From the human T2T-CHM13v2.0 reference genome, Homo sapiens: a DNA stretch of 64,000 bases. The stretch's first letter is position 1, and every line of letters begins with the position of its first letter. A model generated the notes under the pieces. That model searched no databases, was not told the origin of the DNA, and worked only from the letters and a program-made list of their open reading frames with translations. This document shows positions 44,141-58,383 of this stretch, one piece after another. Both the position numbers and the translations under genes were made by a program. The DNA is taken from assembly GCF_009914755.1 (NCBI RefSeq), contig NC_060932.1; one strand, given 5' to 3'.

Positions 44141-45245
44141 GGTTCTGGTGTCCTGTTGGACACAACAATGGTGGCGTAGCTTGATGAACTAACACTCCTA
44201 CAGATAATGGTGATAAAATGTGGACAAATAATATGTCTGTATCTATAGTCATATCTATGTATCTATGCAGAGAGCTGTATCTGTATATATTATATATATG
44301 AAATTCTATCTTACATATATATGAAATGATATATTACATATATAATTTTATATAATTATATATTACATATATAGTTATATATAATTATATATTATGATTC
44401 TGTTATTATATGTTAAATATAATTTTTATATATAATATATAATTGCTTTTTGATCTCCAAAAAACAGATAAAATTGTGAAGGAGTCTAAACTTGAGTGAT
44501 GAGAATTATAACAGAAAATATTTACAAATTTGAATTTTTGCTTCAAAATACTTCACAATCTATATGTGGTCCAGGCAGGCAGAAAACCAGAGTCTTACTT
44601 GTTGTGTCAGAGGATTTTTGGGTCATGCTGGGGGTTTAGGGGAGATATTTTGGAGGGGAGGGAACCACAAAGGGGTGAATCCCAAAATACGTATGTTAAG
44701 TTGCCTGCAAATGATTGGTGAATCTTTGAGCTACATATATGCAGGGCAGAACCCAGGGGCCAAACGTAAAAACAATCATTGGACTCTGAATGAACCGAAT
44801 GAAAATTTCAGTTGTGCTCACTGTAGGAAAGATAGAGATTGGGGTTTGAGTCCAGCCAAGTTAATTCATTGTTAGAAAAAGATCAACCCTATTCAAAAAA
44901 ATACAACAGAATCCAGTCTCTGTAGCTGTCATTCATAGGGTCTAGCACACACTTAAAAAAAATCAGGAGATGTATGAAGCTACAGGAAAATGTAATCCAT
45001 ACACAAGACAGTAAGTAGGCAGTAGAAACTAATCTCAAAATGTCCCAAGATGTTGTAATTAGCGGACAAGGCTTTGAAAGCAGCTGTTATAAATATGTTC
45101 ATGAGGGTCAAGAAAAATGCCTTCAGAATAAATGAACAAAGTCAGTAGAGAAATGGAAAGGATAAAAAGAACCAAATAGACAAAGAGTTTCAGACTGGCA
45201 AGATAAAAGGAGTTCTGAAGATTGGTTACACAATATAGGTGACAG
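44141..45245 (+). mobile_element. Old L1M 5'-region relics with an internal (TA)-rich tract (44230-44445)
   Basis: aactaacactcctacagataa; aattagcggacaaggctttgaaagcagctgttataaatatgttca. Confidence 0.55.
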
Positions 45246-45569
45246 TATACGGGACAGTGTGGAGTCACATTGTAGGGGAGAGTGTGGGAGACAGTGTAGG
45301 GGACCATATGTGTGAGTCATATGTGGAGGACAGGTTGGGGAAAAATTTAGGGGACAAGATGGGTAATAGTGTGGGATCAATGTGGGGGAGAGTCTAGTGC
45401 TTACTACCCTCCCTAGAATTTCCAACACTATGCTTAATGGAAGTGACAAAAGCAGGCAGCTTTGTTTTGTTCCTGCACACCATGGCTCTAATGTGAGTTT
45501 ATTCCAGAGATAAGGGTAGGATCCTTTTCATCTTTACTGCCACCACACAGAATCAAGGGCAACAGTTTA

Positions 45570-45810
45570 GTTTGAAGTTGGAGTGTCTGGGTTCTAATCA
45601 GAGCTGAATAACTGCATCACATCTTAGCTGTGTGACCTTGGACAAGTTAATTGCATTCACTTGTCTCAGCTTCCTTAGCTTTAAAATGAAAATAATAATA
45701 ATAGTACTTACCTCAAAGAGTTCTGATGTCTCAAAGAATTTAACGTAGGTGAAGTATTCAGAACAGTGCATTGCACAAAATCAGCACCACAGAAGTATTT
45801 GTTACTGTTA
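45570..45810 (+). mobile_element. MIR
   Basis: ttagctgtgtgaccttggacaagttaatt...gtctcagcttccttagctttaaaatgaaaataataatagtacttacctca. Confidence 0.85.
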
Positions 45811-46589
45811 GAACACATATGCAGCCAGTGTTTTCTAGGTATTTTTTAAACTAATAAATATTTCAAGCCAAAATAGAATGCAGATGATTTCCCCACCTTT
45901 GTTATCAAATTCATGGGAATCATTCTAACAGTTGAAAATTTTAGGTCTAGTGAAAGATTAATACTTTATCATTAGTTATATGTGGGGAAATGTTTTGGAA
46001 GACATGAAATTGTCACCCCTCAAATTGTAAGGTTGATATGTTGGGTAGACCCTCTGTCTAGTGTCCTGGGAGCTAAATCATTGTCTTGTTCATTACAGAT
46101 CTCCATTTTATTTGATTTAATATATATTGTTTCATATATAACAAATATTTATTGCATGTAGGTTACCGGCATTGTGCAGACCTCTGACGGGTGGGCATTA
46201 TAAGCCTCAGCGTGAGGTGAATAAAGTAAATATTGTTTCTTCTCTCATGGAGTATATGTATCAACTATACATGTTACTTATTTATCTGTATGTCTGTTTT
46301 GCAGAAGTTTCTGGGACACCTTAACTTTAAGTATTTGCTTTTCCCAAAGGGAAGGAGATAATAAACTTTTAAATTCCAAAAAAACCGCATACTTCCAGTG
46401 ATTCTATCAATGTAATAATAAGATGTATGTAAAGTAAAAACATAGATAATTACATATAATAAAATATTGATAAATTTTGACCCTGTATTTAGGCTGAGGA
46501 AACCAAGGAATGTTTGATTTGCCCTAAGAAGAAGCCTAGCTTTGAGGAAATTCTGTTTTGGTGACTTTTTCCTCTTCAGACATGCATGG

Positions 46590-47012
46590 GTGTGTGATAG
46601 ACGTTACTGCTGTGCACTCCTTTTTGGTCCCCGTTCCCCTGCTGGGGCACACTCTGGGGGACGGTGATGTCTTGACTGCTTGAAGTTAGATGTGTCCATG
46701 TGACTAGCTCTGGTGAGAAAACTTTCCAACTCAAGGTTTTACCAAATGCCTGAAGGACACCCACCAGCTCTGCTCTTCCCCTGCTGGGCAAATGCAGAAA
46801 TCCCTTCATGCTGAGAGCAAAGCTTCTTCAGTCTGGGTCCCAGAGTAACTACTGAGCAGAGACTCACCCTCCATCCCTCCACCCTAGCTACTACTACCCC
46901 ACACCCACATCAGACATGAACATAAGTGAAGAATAAACCCTTACTGCTTCAGCCACTAAGATTTGGGACATTTTTGGTGACCACTGCCAACCTAGCCTAT
47001 CCTGAGTGGCAC
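46590..47012 (+). mobile_element. Old MLT1 (MLT1J-like) LTR relic
   Basis: catgtgactagctctgg; gacatgaacataagtgaagaataaaccc...agccactaagatttggg...cctagcctatcctga. Confidence 0.6.
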
Positions 47013-47570
47013 AGTGAGCAACTCCAGCTCCTGACTGGCGCTGACTTTCCAAAAGAGCAAAGGAACCTTCCAAATATCTAATGCCTCTACTATGACAGAT
47101 CTCCATGCTGCTGCCACTTTCAATGGACATTGAAACTCTTTTAGAACAGAAAGGCAACATTGTAGGGCAGATTATATGAAATGCCTGGAGAATGAATTCC
47201 TTCTGTGATTTCTAAAGACTGTTTGTATTTAGTGCCAAATATTTGGATGACAAATGAAAAATTCAATCAAACATCTATGTGTTCTCACATAAATTCTGGT
47301 TTGATATCAGACAAAACATCTGGTTTATTGCTGAGACTGGAAACTGACCACTGGGCATTTAGCTTTGTCCACAAATAGACCTAAAGTCAAGGATACAGTC
47401 TGAGTTTGGACATAGAAATACTCTGTTTGGTGAAGGGAACCAGAGATAGACTTACACAGAAGCAAACTAGATATTTTGTTAAATGTTTTATAGCTCCAGA
47501 AATGGGAGAAGATTCTTCTTGTCCCAAAAGACAGCCCTTAAAAAAATCCACTGGTTTTTGTTTGTTTGGG

Positions 47571-47578
<8 letters not shown>

Positions 47579-47626
<48 letters not shown>
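47579..47626. repeat. (TG)n microsatellite
   Basis: About 23 TG units. Confidence 0.97.
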
Positions 47627-47629
<3 letters not shown>

Positions 47630-47647
47630 AACCTGGGAAGGACAGCT

Positions 47648-48001
47648 TTTATTTTATTTTATTTTAAATTTTTTATTTCCATAGGTTATTGAGGAAAAGC
47701 TGGTGTTTGGTTCCATGAGTAAGTTCTTCAGTGGTGATTTGTGAGATTTTGGTGCACCCAATACCTGAGCATGTACATTGAACCCAAATTGTAATCTTTT
47801 ATCCATCACCCCCTTCCCACCTTTTCCTCGTGAGTCCCCAAAGTCCGTTGTATTATTCTTATGCCTTTGCATCCTCATAGCTTAGCTCCCACTTGTGAGT
47901 GAGAACATACAATGTTTGGTTTTCTATTCTTGAGTTACTTAACTTAGAATAATATTCTCCAATCTCATCCAGGTTGCTGCAAATGCCATCCATTCATTCC
48001 T
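47648..48001 (-). mobile_element. 5'-truncated L1PB 3' end
   Basis: catgagtaagttcttcagtggtgatttgtgagattttggtgcaccc...gcttagctcccacttgtgagtgagaacatac. Confidence 0.9.
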
Positions 48002-48348
48002 AAAAAATCTACTGTTAGTAATAGACCCCTTTGTATTTTGAAAACAAAATTTCTCTTTTAAAGTACAAATATGGCTGAGAGGTGTCACAATATTTTATCA
48101 TTAGATACTTGAAAATCCCTGAAGAAGAAGGTGTTTAGGTAAGCTAGGGCAGGTTGTAAACTAGGAACCGAGATAATTTGGGAAAATATGAGGAAGGAAG
48201 AGGCAATTTCAGAGAATGGAAAAAAACTGCTCAAATTAAGTAACAGAGATCTCCCAAAGCTCTTTTCTTTTATATGGAGATGAAAGTTTATTTTTTCTCC
48301 TCCTAAAATGGGATTTTAATTTAAAAAGTTACAAATGGATTCTAGAAT

Positions 48349-48380
48349 TACACACACACACACACATACACACACGCACA
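48349..48380. repeat. Imperfect (CA)n
   Basis: Direct reading. Confidence 0.9.
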
Positions 48381-49379
48381 GAGCCTTTTTCATAATCAAA
48401 GACACTGTATGTAAACTATGAATAAGAAAGTTGATCGACACTACTTTTGAAAAAAACCTTGACTTTTATATGTTTTACTTGGGCCACTTTTCCACGCTAA
48501 ATAATACTTCAGGGCTAGCCAATAACTTCTACTTTTTAATGCTCTTTTTCCAGGAATTGATAAATTTAGAGAGTCAGTGTCTGTAATGATGGCTCCATTT
48601 CTCTTCTCTAAAGCAGGGAGCCCGGGCCTGCTTCACAACTGCCCGTCAGTCTTGTGTCTGCCTGAGGTCATCTGCTTTTGTTCTGGGAAATGTTGCTGCT
48701 TCATTGCTGTTGGCCACACAATAGGATCACAAAATACTTCAAGGTCATGTACAGTGTCCTCTGGAACCAAGTGGAGGAAACTCGGTTTCCTTCTAGAATC
48801 AGTGAAGCTTCTGGTACAAAAGGTCACTATTGGCTACAACCTCTTGTGTGGCTCTGGAGCTCATGGAGGAAAATAGGCCAAGCAGACAAGGGTGTGGAGC
48901 AGGACTTGGCCCCATGCTGATGAATAATCATGACTTACATGTCACAGATTTTTATCTAATGGAAGCATAAAGGATTTTAAATCCCCATACTCCCATCAGC
49001 CACTATGCAGCTAATTGAAGCTTAAAATGCTGGGCATTGTTCCTACTGTTTCTATTGTGGCCTAGGAGGGACATTCAATAGAAAACATGTAGAAATTTCT
49101 GGGTGGAGATAACATTTCAATTCACTTGATTATAATCAGATTCCTGCATCTAACATTCCTTCCTTAAATCACTGACAATGAATGATAGTTTTACATTATG
49201 TTTCGCAATGCAGTTCATCCAGTCTCATCATTGTTAATAAGTATTAAAACTCCCAAAGACCTGTTCCCTCTCTTTCTAACCCAGTGTTTTGTTTTTATAA
49301 GCAAACCACTGCTGCCTGTTGAGGTAAGCTAATAATAAATATTTTACTATAGGCAGTAATCTTTTCTTCGTTTTTGTAA

Positions 49380-49998
49380 TGTGAACCCAAAAGTATCTGA
49401 GGCAGGACTCAATCAATTTAGAAAGTTTATTTTGCCAAGGTTAAAGATGCACCTGTGACACAGCCTCAGGAGGTCCTGATGACATGTGCCCAAGGCAGTA
49501 GGGGTACAGCTTGCTTTTATACATTTTAGGGAGACACAAGTCATTAATCAATACATGTAAGATGTACATTGGTTTGACCTGGAAAGGTAGGACAACTCAA
49601 AGCATGAGGAGGTAGGGGTGGGTGTTCCAGGTCCTGGATAGATTTTAAAATTTTCTGATTGGTAATTGGTTGAAGGAATTATTATCAATAGAAAGGAATG
49701 TCTGAGTTATGATAAGGGGTTGTGGAGATCAAGGTTTTATTATGCAGATGAAGCCTCCAGGTAGTAAGCTTCAGAGAGAACAGATTGTAAATGTTTATCA
49801 GACTTAAGGTCTGTGTTGTTAATGCTAGTCCAGTTTTTCCTGAATTCCAAAAGGGAGGAGAGTTTAATGAGGCATGTCTGACCCCTACTTCCTATCATGG
49901 CTTGAATTAGTTTTTCAGATTAACTTTGGAGTGCCCTGGCCAAAAGGAGCGGTCCATTCAGATGGTTGAGGGGCTTAGAATTTTATTTTTGGTTTATA
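49380..49998 (-). mobile_element. MER4A/B-type solo LTR
   Basis: tgtgaacccaaaagtatctgaggcagg...gggcttagaattttatttttggtttata. Confidence 0.88.
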
Positions 49999-49999
49999 T

Positions 50000-50450
50000 T
50001 CATGAAAAAAAGATCCATTTCCCCTATGTCATGAATGTCCTGTTATTTCTGATTTCCAAACTTCAGTGGTGCTGTCACTGGTATTGACCATTTGACTTTC
50101 TGCCTGTGTTGGAGGAGGCAGCCTTCCTTGGGCTTCTTGAGTTCCTACATGTCTTGCTGGGTGAGCCAAGACTGCAAGGCCCTGATACTCAGGCCATTTC
50201 TCACACTTGTTTATGCAGCTGGTTACCTGCAAGATGAGGTAATGTATCCGCCTTCAACAAAGATCAGGCTAACTTTCTGCTTGTTGGAAAAGCAGTGGGC
50301 TCCCCAAACTCCACTGCTGCTTGCTGTGCTGTAAATCACAAAATCCTTCATTTCTGACCCAGGATCTTGTATCTTCTGCTACACTTCTGGGAAAGCATTA
50401 CAGGTTCATTCTATAGCTTATAAGTGAAATAAATAAACTCTAGACTTGGT
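50000..50450 (+). mobile_element. Probable old ERV1 LTR relic (MER31-like)
   Basis: aaaatccttcatttctgacccaggatcttgtatcttctgc. Confidence 0.35.
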
Positions 50451-51229
50451 AGACTATACTATCTGGAATTCTTTAATATACATGCATTTTCCCCCTAAAT
50501 AGATAAGCCTCTTGAGATAAAGAGTCTGAGACCTCTTTGCATTCTCATTGGTAAACATATCATAAATATTCAGTAAATGTTCATGGGTCACAATGACAAG
50601 ATCAATTTATACCATGATAGAGTTAAATTTTGATATCAAGACAACAAAGAAATCATTGCCGCAACTTGCAATGCCGTAATAGAATGCCATGTGTTGCTCA
50701 CTTCTTACTCTTCTTAACTCGTAAAGTGGATGCTACCATTTTAAGGAGAGGTTTCTCTGTAGGAGACAGATGTAAAGAATTAGACTCTAATAAAGATATG
50801 CTAAGAATATTGCATACATGGCTACTCCACCCTTCTGTTCCCATCCCAGTGACAAATAGCTTCAGGCAGAACAATCATTTGCCATGAAGAAGAAAAGCTC
50901 ACTTCAGAGAAAATTAAAAGAAATGAACAGAGCTGCTTCTTCTCTATATTAGTACAACAGCAAATCTTTCTCTCCCCCTTTACCATTTTCTGAGAAGGGA
51001 GTGGCAACTTTCTTTGAACTAAAAACCATCCAGTGGCTGTTAAAGGAGCCCAGTAGGAGCAAAGATTCTCTGAGTAATAAATTACTTTATCTTTTTGAGG
51101 TCGAAAACACTCATTTCTCTATCGAGTAAATATATGAACTAATTTTCTTATTTAAACAGACAAATTTACAATACTAAAATATGCAACAACATACCTGTGT
51201 TATACTGACATTTCCAGGGAGCTGACTCA

Positions 51230-51500
51230 CTGGTGTGGCCATTGTGGGAACTTGCCTGTCAGAGCAGGGAGCGTAATTGACCAAGAGATCTTCTACCTGG
51301 CTCTGAAATCCATCACCACATTTGCACCACAGCCACACTTCCCATGTGCTGCTCTCCATCAGTGAATGAGTATGACAAAAAAATCCCAAATTCCTGGGAC
51401 ATGTGGGACTCCTCTGATGGGTGACTTTGGTCGAAGACTCCCCAATAGCCTTGTGGAACTTTCCTTGCAAGCACACATACGTCTAAGATGCTTCTAGACT
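51230..51500 (+). mobile_element. ERVL LTR relic (LTR16/33-like)
   Basis: ctctgaaatccatcaccacatttgcacc...gggactcctctgatgggtgactttgg. Confidence 0.5.
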
Positions 51501-53299
51501 TCTTGATTTGTCACTTGGGGGAAGGTCTGTGTTTTATGGATATGTAGGTCCCTTCCCTTTCAAAGGAACCAATTAGTGCCTAGATCATGTTACATACTCA
51601 ATGTGTGTTCATTGAGCTGAATGTCAACTGCTTTCTCCATTGCTGATTATTCAATGGGGAGCTCAAGTGAGAGTCCACCAGTGGTGATTGCTTTAGCTCT
51701 TTTGCCTTTTCTTGACTGCCAACAAATATTATAATACTATGTAATTTTCTGTACAAGTACTTTTTTAAAAGACAAACAATAATGATTTAAGATTAGTCAA
51801 CTGAGTCTTTGAACTTAGAAGTATAACTGCAGGCTCTGAGCACAGAAACAGATAACACCTATGTGTTTTCCCTTGAGTTCCATCCAAAGGGAATACTGAA
51901 CTCCACATTCCATCCTCCTTCTCAATATGTTGCAGCATTTTCTACATTATCTTAGCATCTTTCCCCTCATACTCAACTTACTAGGATCCATTGGGATGAT
52001 TTGTGTTTCTGTGTTAGAAAATTACCTTTTCCTCCCCTGGGATTCACATCAGTTGCCCCTGTCTTCACAAGCCTTCTGCTAAAGGCATGAGACTGTTGGA
52101 GATTTAATGCCTAGACTCCTTTGAAGTGAGAGCAGAGACCAGGTCTTGTCCTTTCATGCTGACGTCTACAAAGCTATTACGGGAAAAGAAAGACTTACAG
52201 CTGCTGCCAAATTCTGTTAGCCTCCAGCCCTTCTCTCTTGCCTGCATCTGTGTTTTAAATTGCACTGGAGATACACAAGCAGACTAGAGAATTTATCTGC
52301 ATGCAACAGTGTCTCAAATGATCATTTTAAAGCTTCCTAAAAGCAGCATATAAAATATTGGTGTTCTTTTAAAACATCTTGATACAACTTCCTATAAACA
52401 AATTCAACTGTATTTAGTTGCTAGTTTCTATAGAATTATTTAAATTGGCAAACCCTCCAAATTCTGGTAGAGTGGTGAATTTTGGTGAGAAACTTTTGGC
52501 CATAAGGTGAGGCAAGGCTGAACATAGGCCTCACTGTGTCTTCTTTATTCCTGCAAAATATATTACCTCTTTGTTGGATATATATAATTGTACTAGATAT
52601 AATTGACTATGTTTTGACCTTAATTTTAAAGTCATGGCAAGAGAAACTCTCTAGTCTTAGGGCAATTTACAATGTTTCATATGAGAAATTTGGCAGCTCC
52701 TCAAGCACTGGGAGTAAAAACACTCAGCAAATATTTCTGAGGTTCCTCTCTGGCTCATTTGTCTCTGTATGCCTATAGATATGGTGCCTTATGGGGCCAT
52801 CTCCACCAGCATTTTTCATCATGAGGATGCAGAGAATGGTCAGTGAGGTTTACAGCCTCCATGTGTAGCCAGGTAAAAAGCATAACAGTCGCCCATCTGC
52901 TTTCAGATCCCCTAAATATGGGATTCTATCTCTTCCTCTTGCTGTGAATCCGTCTGGGAGGTAAGCATAGATTTTTCTCTAGAGTCTGTCTTATCTAAAC
53001 TCTCCTCTCTAATTCCCTTCCTTTATTCAGCTGGAAGCATTTTATGAAGTATGGAGAAGCAGTGTGTTGTAGATGACAGGAAATACAAGTTTTACCTGAT
53101 TGAAACTTCCATGTTTTTTCTCCTTTTACATAGGAATCTAGTATTCTGCATTAAAACATGAAAAGAAATATTAATTTTGTTCTCTATTTCTTTTTTATTA
53201 TTCCAATTCAGAGAAAACATCCATACTCCATTGAATGGAGATAAATTTGTATGTGTTTGGGGATTCTTGCAATATTCCACATGTCAGCATGCCACCTAC

Positions 53300-54820
53300 A
53301 TCAAGACATGATCTTCAAAAATAAATAGGTAATTCATAACATATACAAAAATTAACTCAAAATGGCTGAATGTGCCTGATGGCTCATTCCTATAATCTCA
53401 GCCCTTTGGGAAGCTAAGGTGGAAGGATCACTTGAGGCCTGGAGTTTGAGACCAGCCTGGACAATATAGCAAGACTCCATCTCTAAAAAAATTTTTCTTC
53501 TAAAAATTAGTCAGCTATGGTGTTGTTTGCCTGTAGTCCTAGCTACTCAGAACACTGAGGCAGCAGGATCACTTTGAGGTTGCAGTGAGTTGTGATTGTG
53601 CCACTGCACTCCAGCCTGGATGAGAGTGAAACCCTGTCTATTAAAAAATAATAACTCATTATTATCAACTTACATGAAGTTAACAAACAATGGACCAACA
53701 ATGGAAATATAACAGCTAAAACCAGAAACTCTTAGAAGAAAACATAGGAGTAAATAAATCTTCACGACCTTAGATTTTGACTATGGATTTTTAGATCTGA
53801 CATTAACAGCATAAGCAACAAAACAAAAAATAGATAAATTAAAAACTTTTGTGCATCAAAAATCATTATAAAAAAAGTGAAACTATAACCTACAGAATGG
53901 GAGAAAATGTTTTCAAATTATTTATCTTATAAGGGTTTAATATCTAGAATATTTAAAAAACTCCCAAAACTCAACGATGGGATGACAACCCAGTTAAAAA
54001 TGGGTAAAGGACTTGAATAGGTATTTCTTGAAAGAATATATACAAATGGGCAATAAGTACAGAAAAAGACCCTCAACATCACTAATTATTAGAAAAACGT
54101 AAAATCAAAACCACCATGAGATGCCAATTCACACCTACTAGGATGGCTATAACTTTAAAGAAATGGAAAATTATAAGTGTTGACAAGCATGTGAAACAAT
54201 TGAACCCTATGTTGCTAATGAGAATGTAAAATGGCATAGCTTTTGTGGAAAAGATGATTTCTCAAAAAGCTAAACATAGAATTGACATTAAGACCCACAC
54301 ATTTCACTCCTAGGTATGTACCCAAAAGAATTAAAGACAAGAACTCAGATACTTATATGCCCAATGTTTATTGCAACATGATTCACAATAGTCAAGAGGT
54401 GAGAAACAACCCAAATGACTATAAGCAGATAAATAAACCAAATTTTGTACATATGTAAAATGGAATATTATTCAGCCATAAAAAGGAATGAAGTTCTGAT
54501 ATATGCTACAACACAGATGAACCTTCAAAATATTATGCAAAGTGAAATAAGGCAGATACAAAAGGACAACTATTGCATGGTTCCACTTACATGAAATATC
54601 TAGAATAGGCAAGTTCTTTGAGGCAGAAAGTACATTAGAGGTTATCATGAGCTGGTATGAGTGAAAAATTGGGAGTTATTACTTAATGGTTACAGAATCT
54701 CTGTTTGGAGTAAAGAAAATGTTTTGGAAATACAGTAGATAGTGGTGATGGTTGCACAACATCATGGATGTAATTAACACCAGTGAATTGTACACTTGAA
54801 AATGGGCAAAATGGCAGTAA
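53300..54820 (+). mobile_element. L1MB-type ORF2 3' end and 3' UTR (interrupted by AluJ)
   Basis: aacctacagaatgggagaaaatg; ccataaaaaggaatgaagttctgata; gatagtggtgatggttgcacaac. Confidence 0.88.
53364..53650 (+). mobile_element. AluJ
   Basis: ggatcacttgaggcctggagtttgagaccagcctgg...ccactgcactccagcctgg. Confidence 0.9.
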
Positions 54821-54939
54821 GTACTAGATAAATAGGTGACTTCATTCACCTATACCAAGTAGACTAGCAGGATTTGAAAAGTGGGTTTGAGTTTTAGTTT
54901 AAGCCTAGCAGAAATGAGTATTCATTCCCAGAAAAATAA

Positions 54940-55242
<303 letters not shown>

Positions 55243-56210
55243 TAAGAGTGATCGTAATAGGCAAAATGGAAACATCAGCACTTTATAAGAACCAGGAGAG
55301 GAAAGAAGTATTTTATTCTTTGTTTAGTAGGTTTCTGTTCTTAGAAGAGACTTCTTTGAACTAGGCATAGAAGGTTCACTTGAGCCCTGTTGATATGGAC
55401 ACCATATCTGGTTGATACGCACACCAGAGGGTACTTGGGATGATGGAAGGTTTCTATTAACTTCATGTAAGTTATTCTATAGGAAAAGTTTTAAATCCCT
55501 TTACAAATGTTTATATACGCTTTTATTAGATTCTAAATCTTATTGTCTTTGTTAACAAGTCAATATTCATAAAATATAATAGCCCTCATGGAGGCAAAAA
55601 TCTTAGATCAATTTTTCTTCCTTTTCTTTCTGTATAAAATCGGTGACAGGATCTACTTCTACTTTCAAATAACTACTTTGTGTTTGGATGACCATTCAGA
55701 TTAGGACTAAAACTTCATAAATCTATAATACCTTTCCTCAGGGAAATTTGAAATCCTTGGATTTGTTTCAATTTGTCTTGTAATCATAACCTTGGGGGAG
55801 GATAAGGAAGGTAATGGAAGTGGGAGAAGTAGTAAGAAATAGCCAATAGCTAAGGTTTTTCTCAGCCTATATGGCAATTGATCAGACATTCAAAAATCTC
55901 TGGGACTGTGCTTCTTGGTGCTAACAAATCCTTATTTGCCATTTGCAATAACATTCTTGCTGGAAAAAAGAAATTATAAGTTCAGGTCTGAGTGATCACA
56001 TAAAGGCCTCATAAATATAAAGTGGTACATTAGAGATAAAAGTGTATGCACAGAAACACATATAGGCACATCACAATGCTGGGTAGTCTCACAGGCCTGT
56101 CCTCCTGCCATGGTCTTGGAAAGGGGCATGACGAGGGTCTGAAGGAAAGAAAGGAAGAGAGACCTGCCAGGTAGGATAAAGTACTGATGATGTGAGAAAT
56201 TGGGTGAGCA

Positions 56211-56736
56211 TATACAAAGGAAGGTGACTTTGATTAGTGTTAGGAGGAAAACAGCTAGGGTGATGGAGTAAACACACCTGATAGCAATAATTTAAGCATG
56301 CCCTGAGAATAACGCTCTATGGCAGATGCACCTGAATGTGTGTTCTGAGCTAGGGAATCTGGGAGTGACCAGCCTAGAGATTTGTTTCTTGTCTATGATG
56401 AGCATCTTAGCCCCCAGCTTGTCCCATGGAACTCAGGCTGTATAGCAGACGGGTCAAATGTGTTTTGGGTCAAATGAAAGTTGCCAGGTGGAGGTCATTC
56501 AGAGGAGGATGGTAAGTGAAAATGCCATGTATACTGTATGCAGGTGTGGTTTTCCTGCCCAGCTTGCTACCACTGGGCATGAGGGTATCTTGTCCAGCTC
56601 ACTGCCACTGGAATCTCTCCTCTGTACATAAGTTCCCAGTGAAACCCCACGTTTTGTTTGCTGGCTCTGAGTCTCTTCTTCTGTCTCTTGAACCTGGTGC
56701 CTTCTCCATTGGGATTAATAGGAGTTCGGCAAAACA
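56211..56736 (+). mobile_element. Solo LTR (probably ERVL class; family not determined)
   Basis: gcagatgcacctgaatgtgtgttctgagctagggaatc...cttgaacctggtgcc...ggcaaaaca; flanked by direct repeat ggtgagca. Confidence 0.6.
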
Positions 56737-57909
56737 GGTGAGCATAAAAGAAGGACAGGTAAAGAAAGACAAATGAGTACAAAAAAGTAGGGGCTCCTTG
56801 AAGATTGACATGGAATGGGTGGGAGTGGGCACAGGTGCCCTTCTCACATGATCTCAAGTGGCCAGAGCATGGTGGTGTGCTGGGTTATGAGGGTCTTTTG
56901 CTCTTCAAGGCTGTTTCTTTGCTCTGACTTCATAAGATAATGACCCTCCTCACCCTCCAAAATCTATAGGTATTCATGTTATGTTGCTCTAGTTTCTGCT
57001 TCAAAATTGCTGAAAACCAATGTGAGGTCTCCACTCTAGTCTAAGAAATCTAAAACACCTCAATACATGGGGATAAATAGCCTACAGAGCAAGTCAAAAA
57101 TTTTGAAGACATTTTGACTGTTGCAACCAAAACAACTTCCTCATTACAGGCAACTGACTGGCTAAACTATTGATTTAAATGATCTTCTAATAAGATTATT
57201 AGAAGAATAGTGTTTTATGCTCTAACAAGATGTCTTAGAAAAAAACAAATCTAAAAGAATGGTGTTTTATTCTTGATTCATCCATTCATTGATTTGAGTA
57301 CATGGCTTATAATATGTTACAACTTACTTTACCTAATGAGTGCTTAGTGACTTTTCAACAAAAAGTATCTTGAAAAGTTATACTACTTTTCAGACGATGA
57401 CTTTATTTTTTCCAGGATAAAGAGATTTTCACCCTGAAGCAAAATGAATATATATGCTATAAGTGGTATTTCAACATTATAATTTCAGGCAATGACACAT
57501 TTAAAATTCACTCAGAACAACAGTTTAGTCAGTGAATAGCATATGAAACAAATTTACATTGCACACCATGATGGATGCACCCAAAATGTTTTCCTTTGTG
57601 TACATGAGACAAGCAAACAGGATGGGAAGGCAGCTTCTACAGCATGTTGTTTGTGTGGGCTACTTTGAAGTATTTTAAAGCATTCTCATGGTTAGTTAGA
57701 CTTTAGTTTGCACTAAAGATATGTTTCTGTGCTGTAACTAATTGTAGGTGTAGATTTGAATGCAAGGCAACCATGAGCCTGGAAAATGCTGAAAAATTGG
57801 TGAAGGGAATGATACATAAGTAAGAATACATCCTCCAAAGAATATCTTTCTGACACCCCTCCTTCATCACCATACCACCCACTGTAAGTCTTTTATCTTC
57901 TTTGGCAAA

Positions 57910-58265
57910 CGTATAGTCTATTTTCACACTGCTAATAAAGACAGACCCAAGATTGGGTAATTTATAAAGGAGAGAGGTTTAATTGACTCACAGTTCCACA
58001 TGGCTGGGGAGGCCTCACAAGCATGGCAGAAGGCAAAGGAGGAGCAAAGTCACGTCTTACATGGTGGCAGGGAAGAGAGCTTGGGCAGGGGAACTCCTCA
58101 TTTACAAAACCATCAGATCTTGTGAGACTTATTCACTACCACAGGAAGAGTATGAGGGAAATTGCCCCCATGATTCAATTATCTCCACCTGCCCCCGCCC
58201 TTGACAAGTGGGGATTATTACAATTCAAGATAAGATTTGGGTGGGGACACAGCCAAACCATATCA
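57910..58265 (-). mobile_element. THE1 (MaLR) solo LTR with 5-bp TSD gcaaa
   Basis: actgctaataaagacagacccaagattgggtaatttataaagg...gactcacagttccacatggctggggaggcctc...acagccaaaccatatca. Confidence 0.95.
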
Positions 58266-58383
58266 GCAAATAACCTTCACCACATTTTAAATACAATGTG
58301 TATTTATTTACTTTAAAATATTTATTAATTGCAAGGCTTTGTTTTTATTGTCCAGTTCATATATTTTTCTAAGAAAATTGTCT

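Noticed and set aside
48551-48920. Possible exon after ttttccag with three overlapping ORFs
   Set aside because: No recognisable protein and no clear matching donor; insufficient support.
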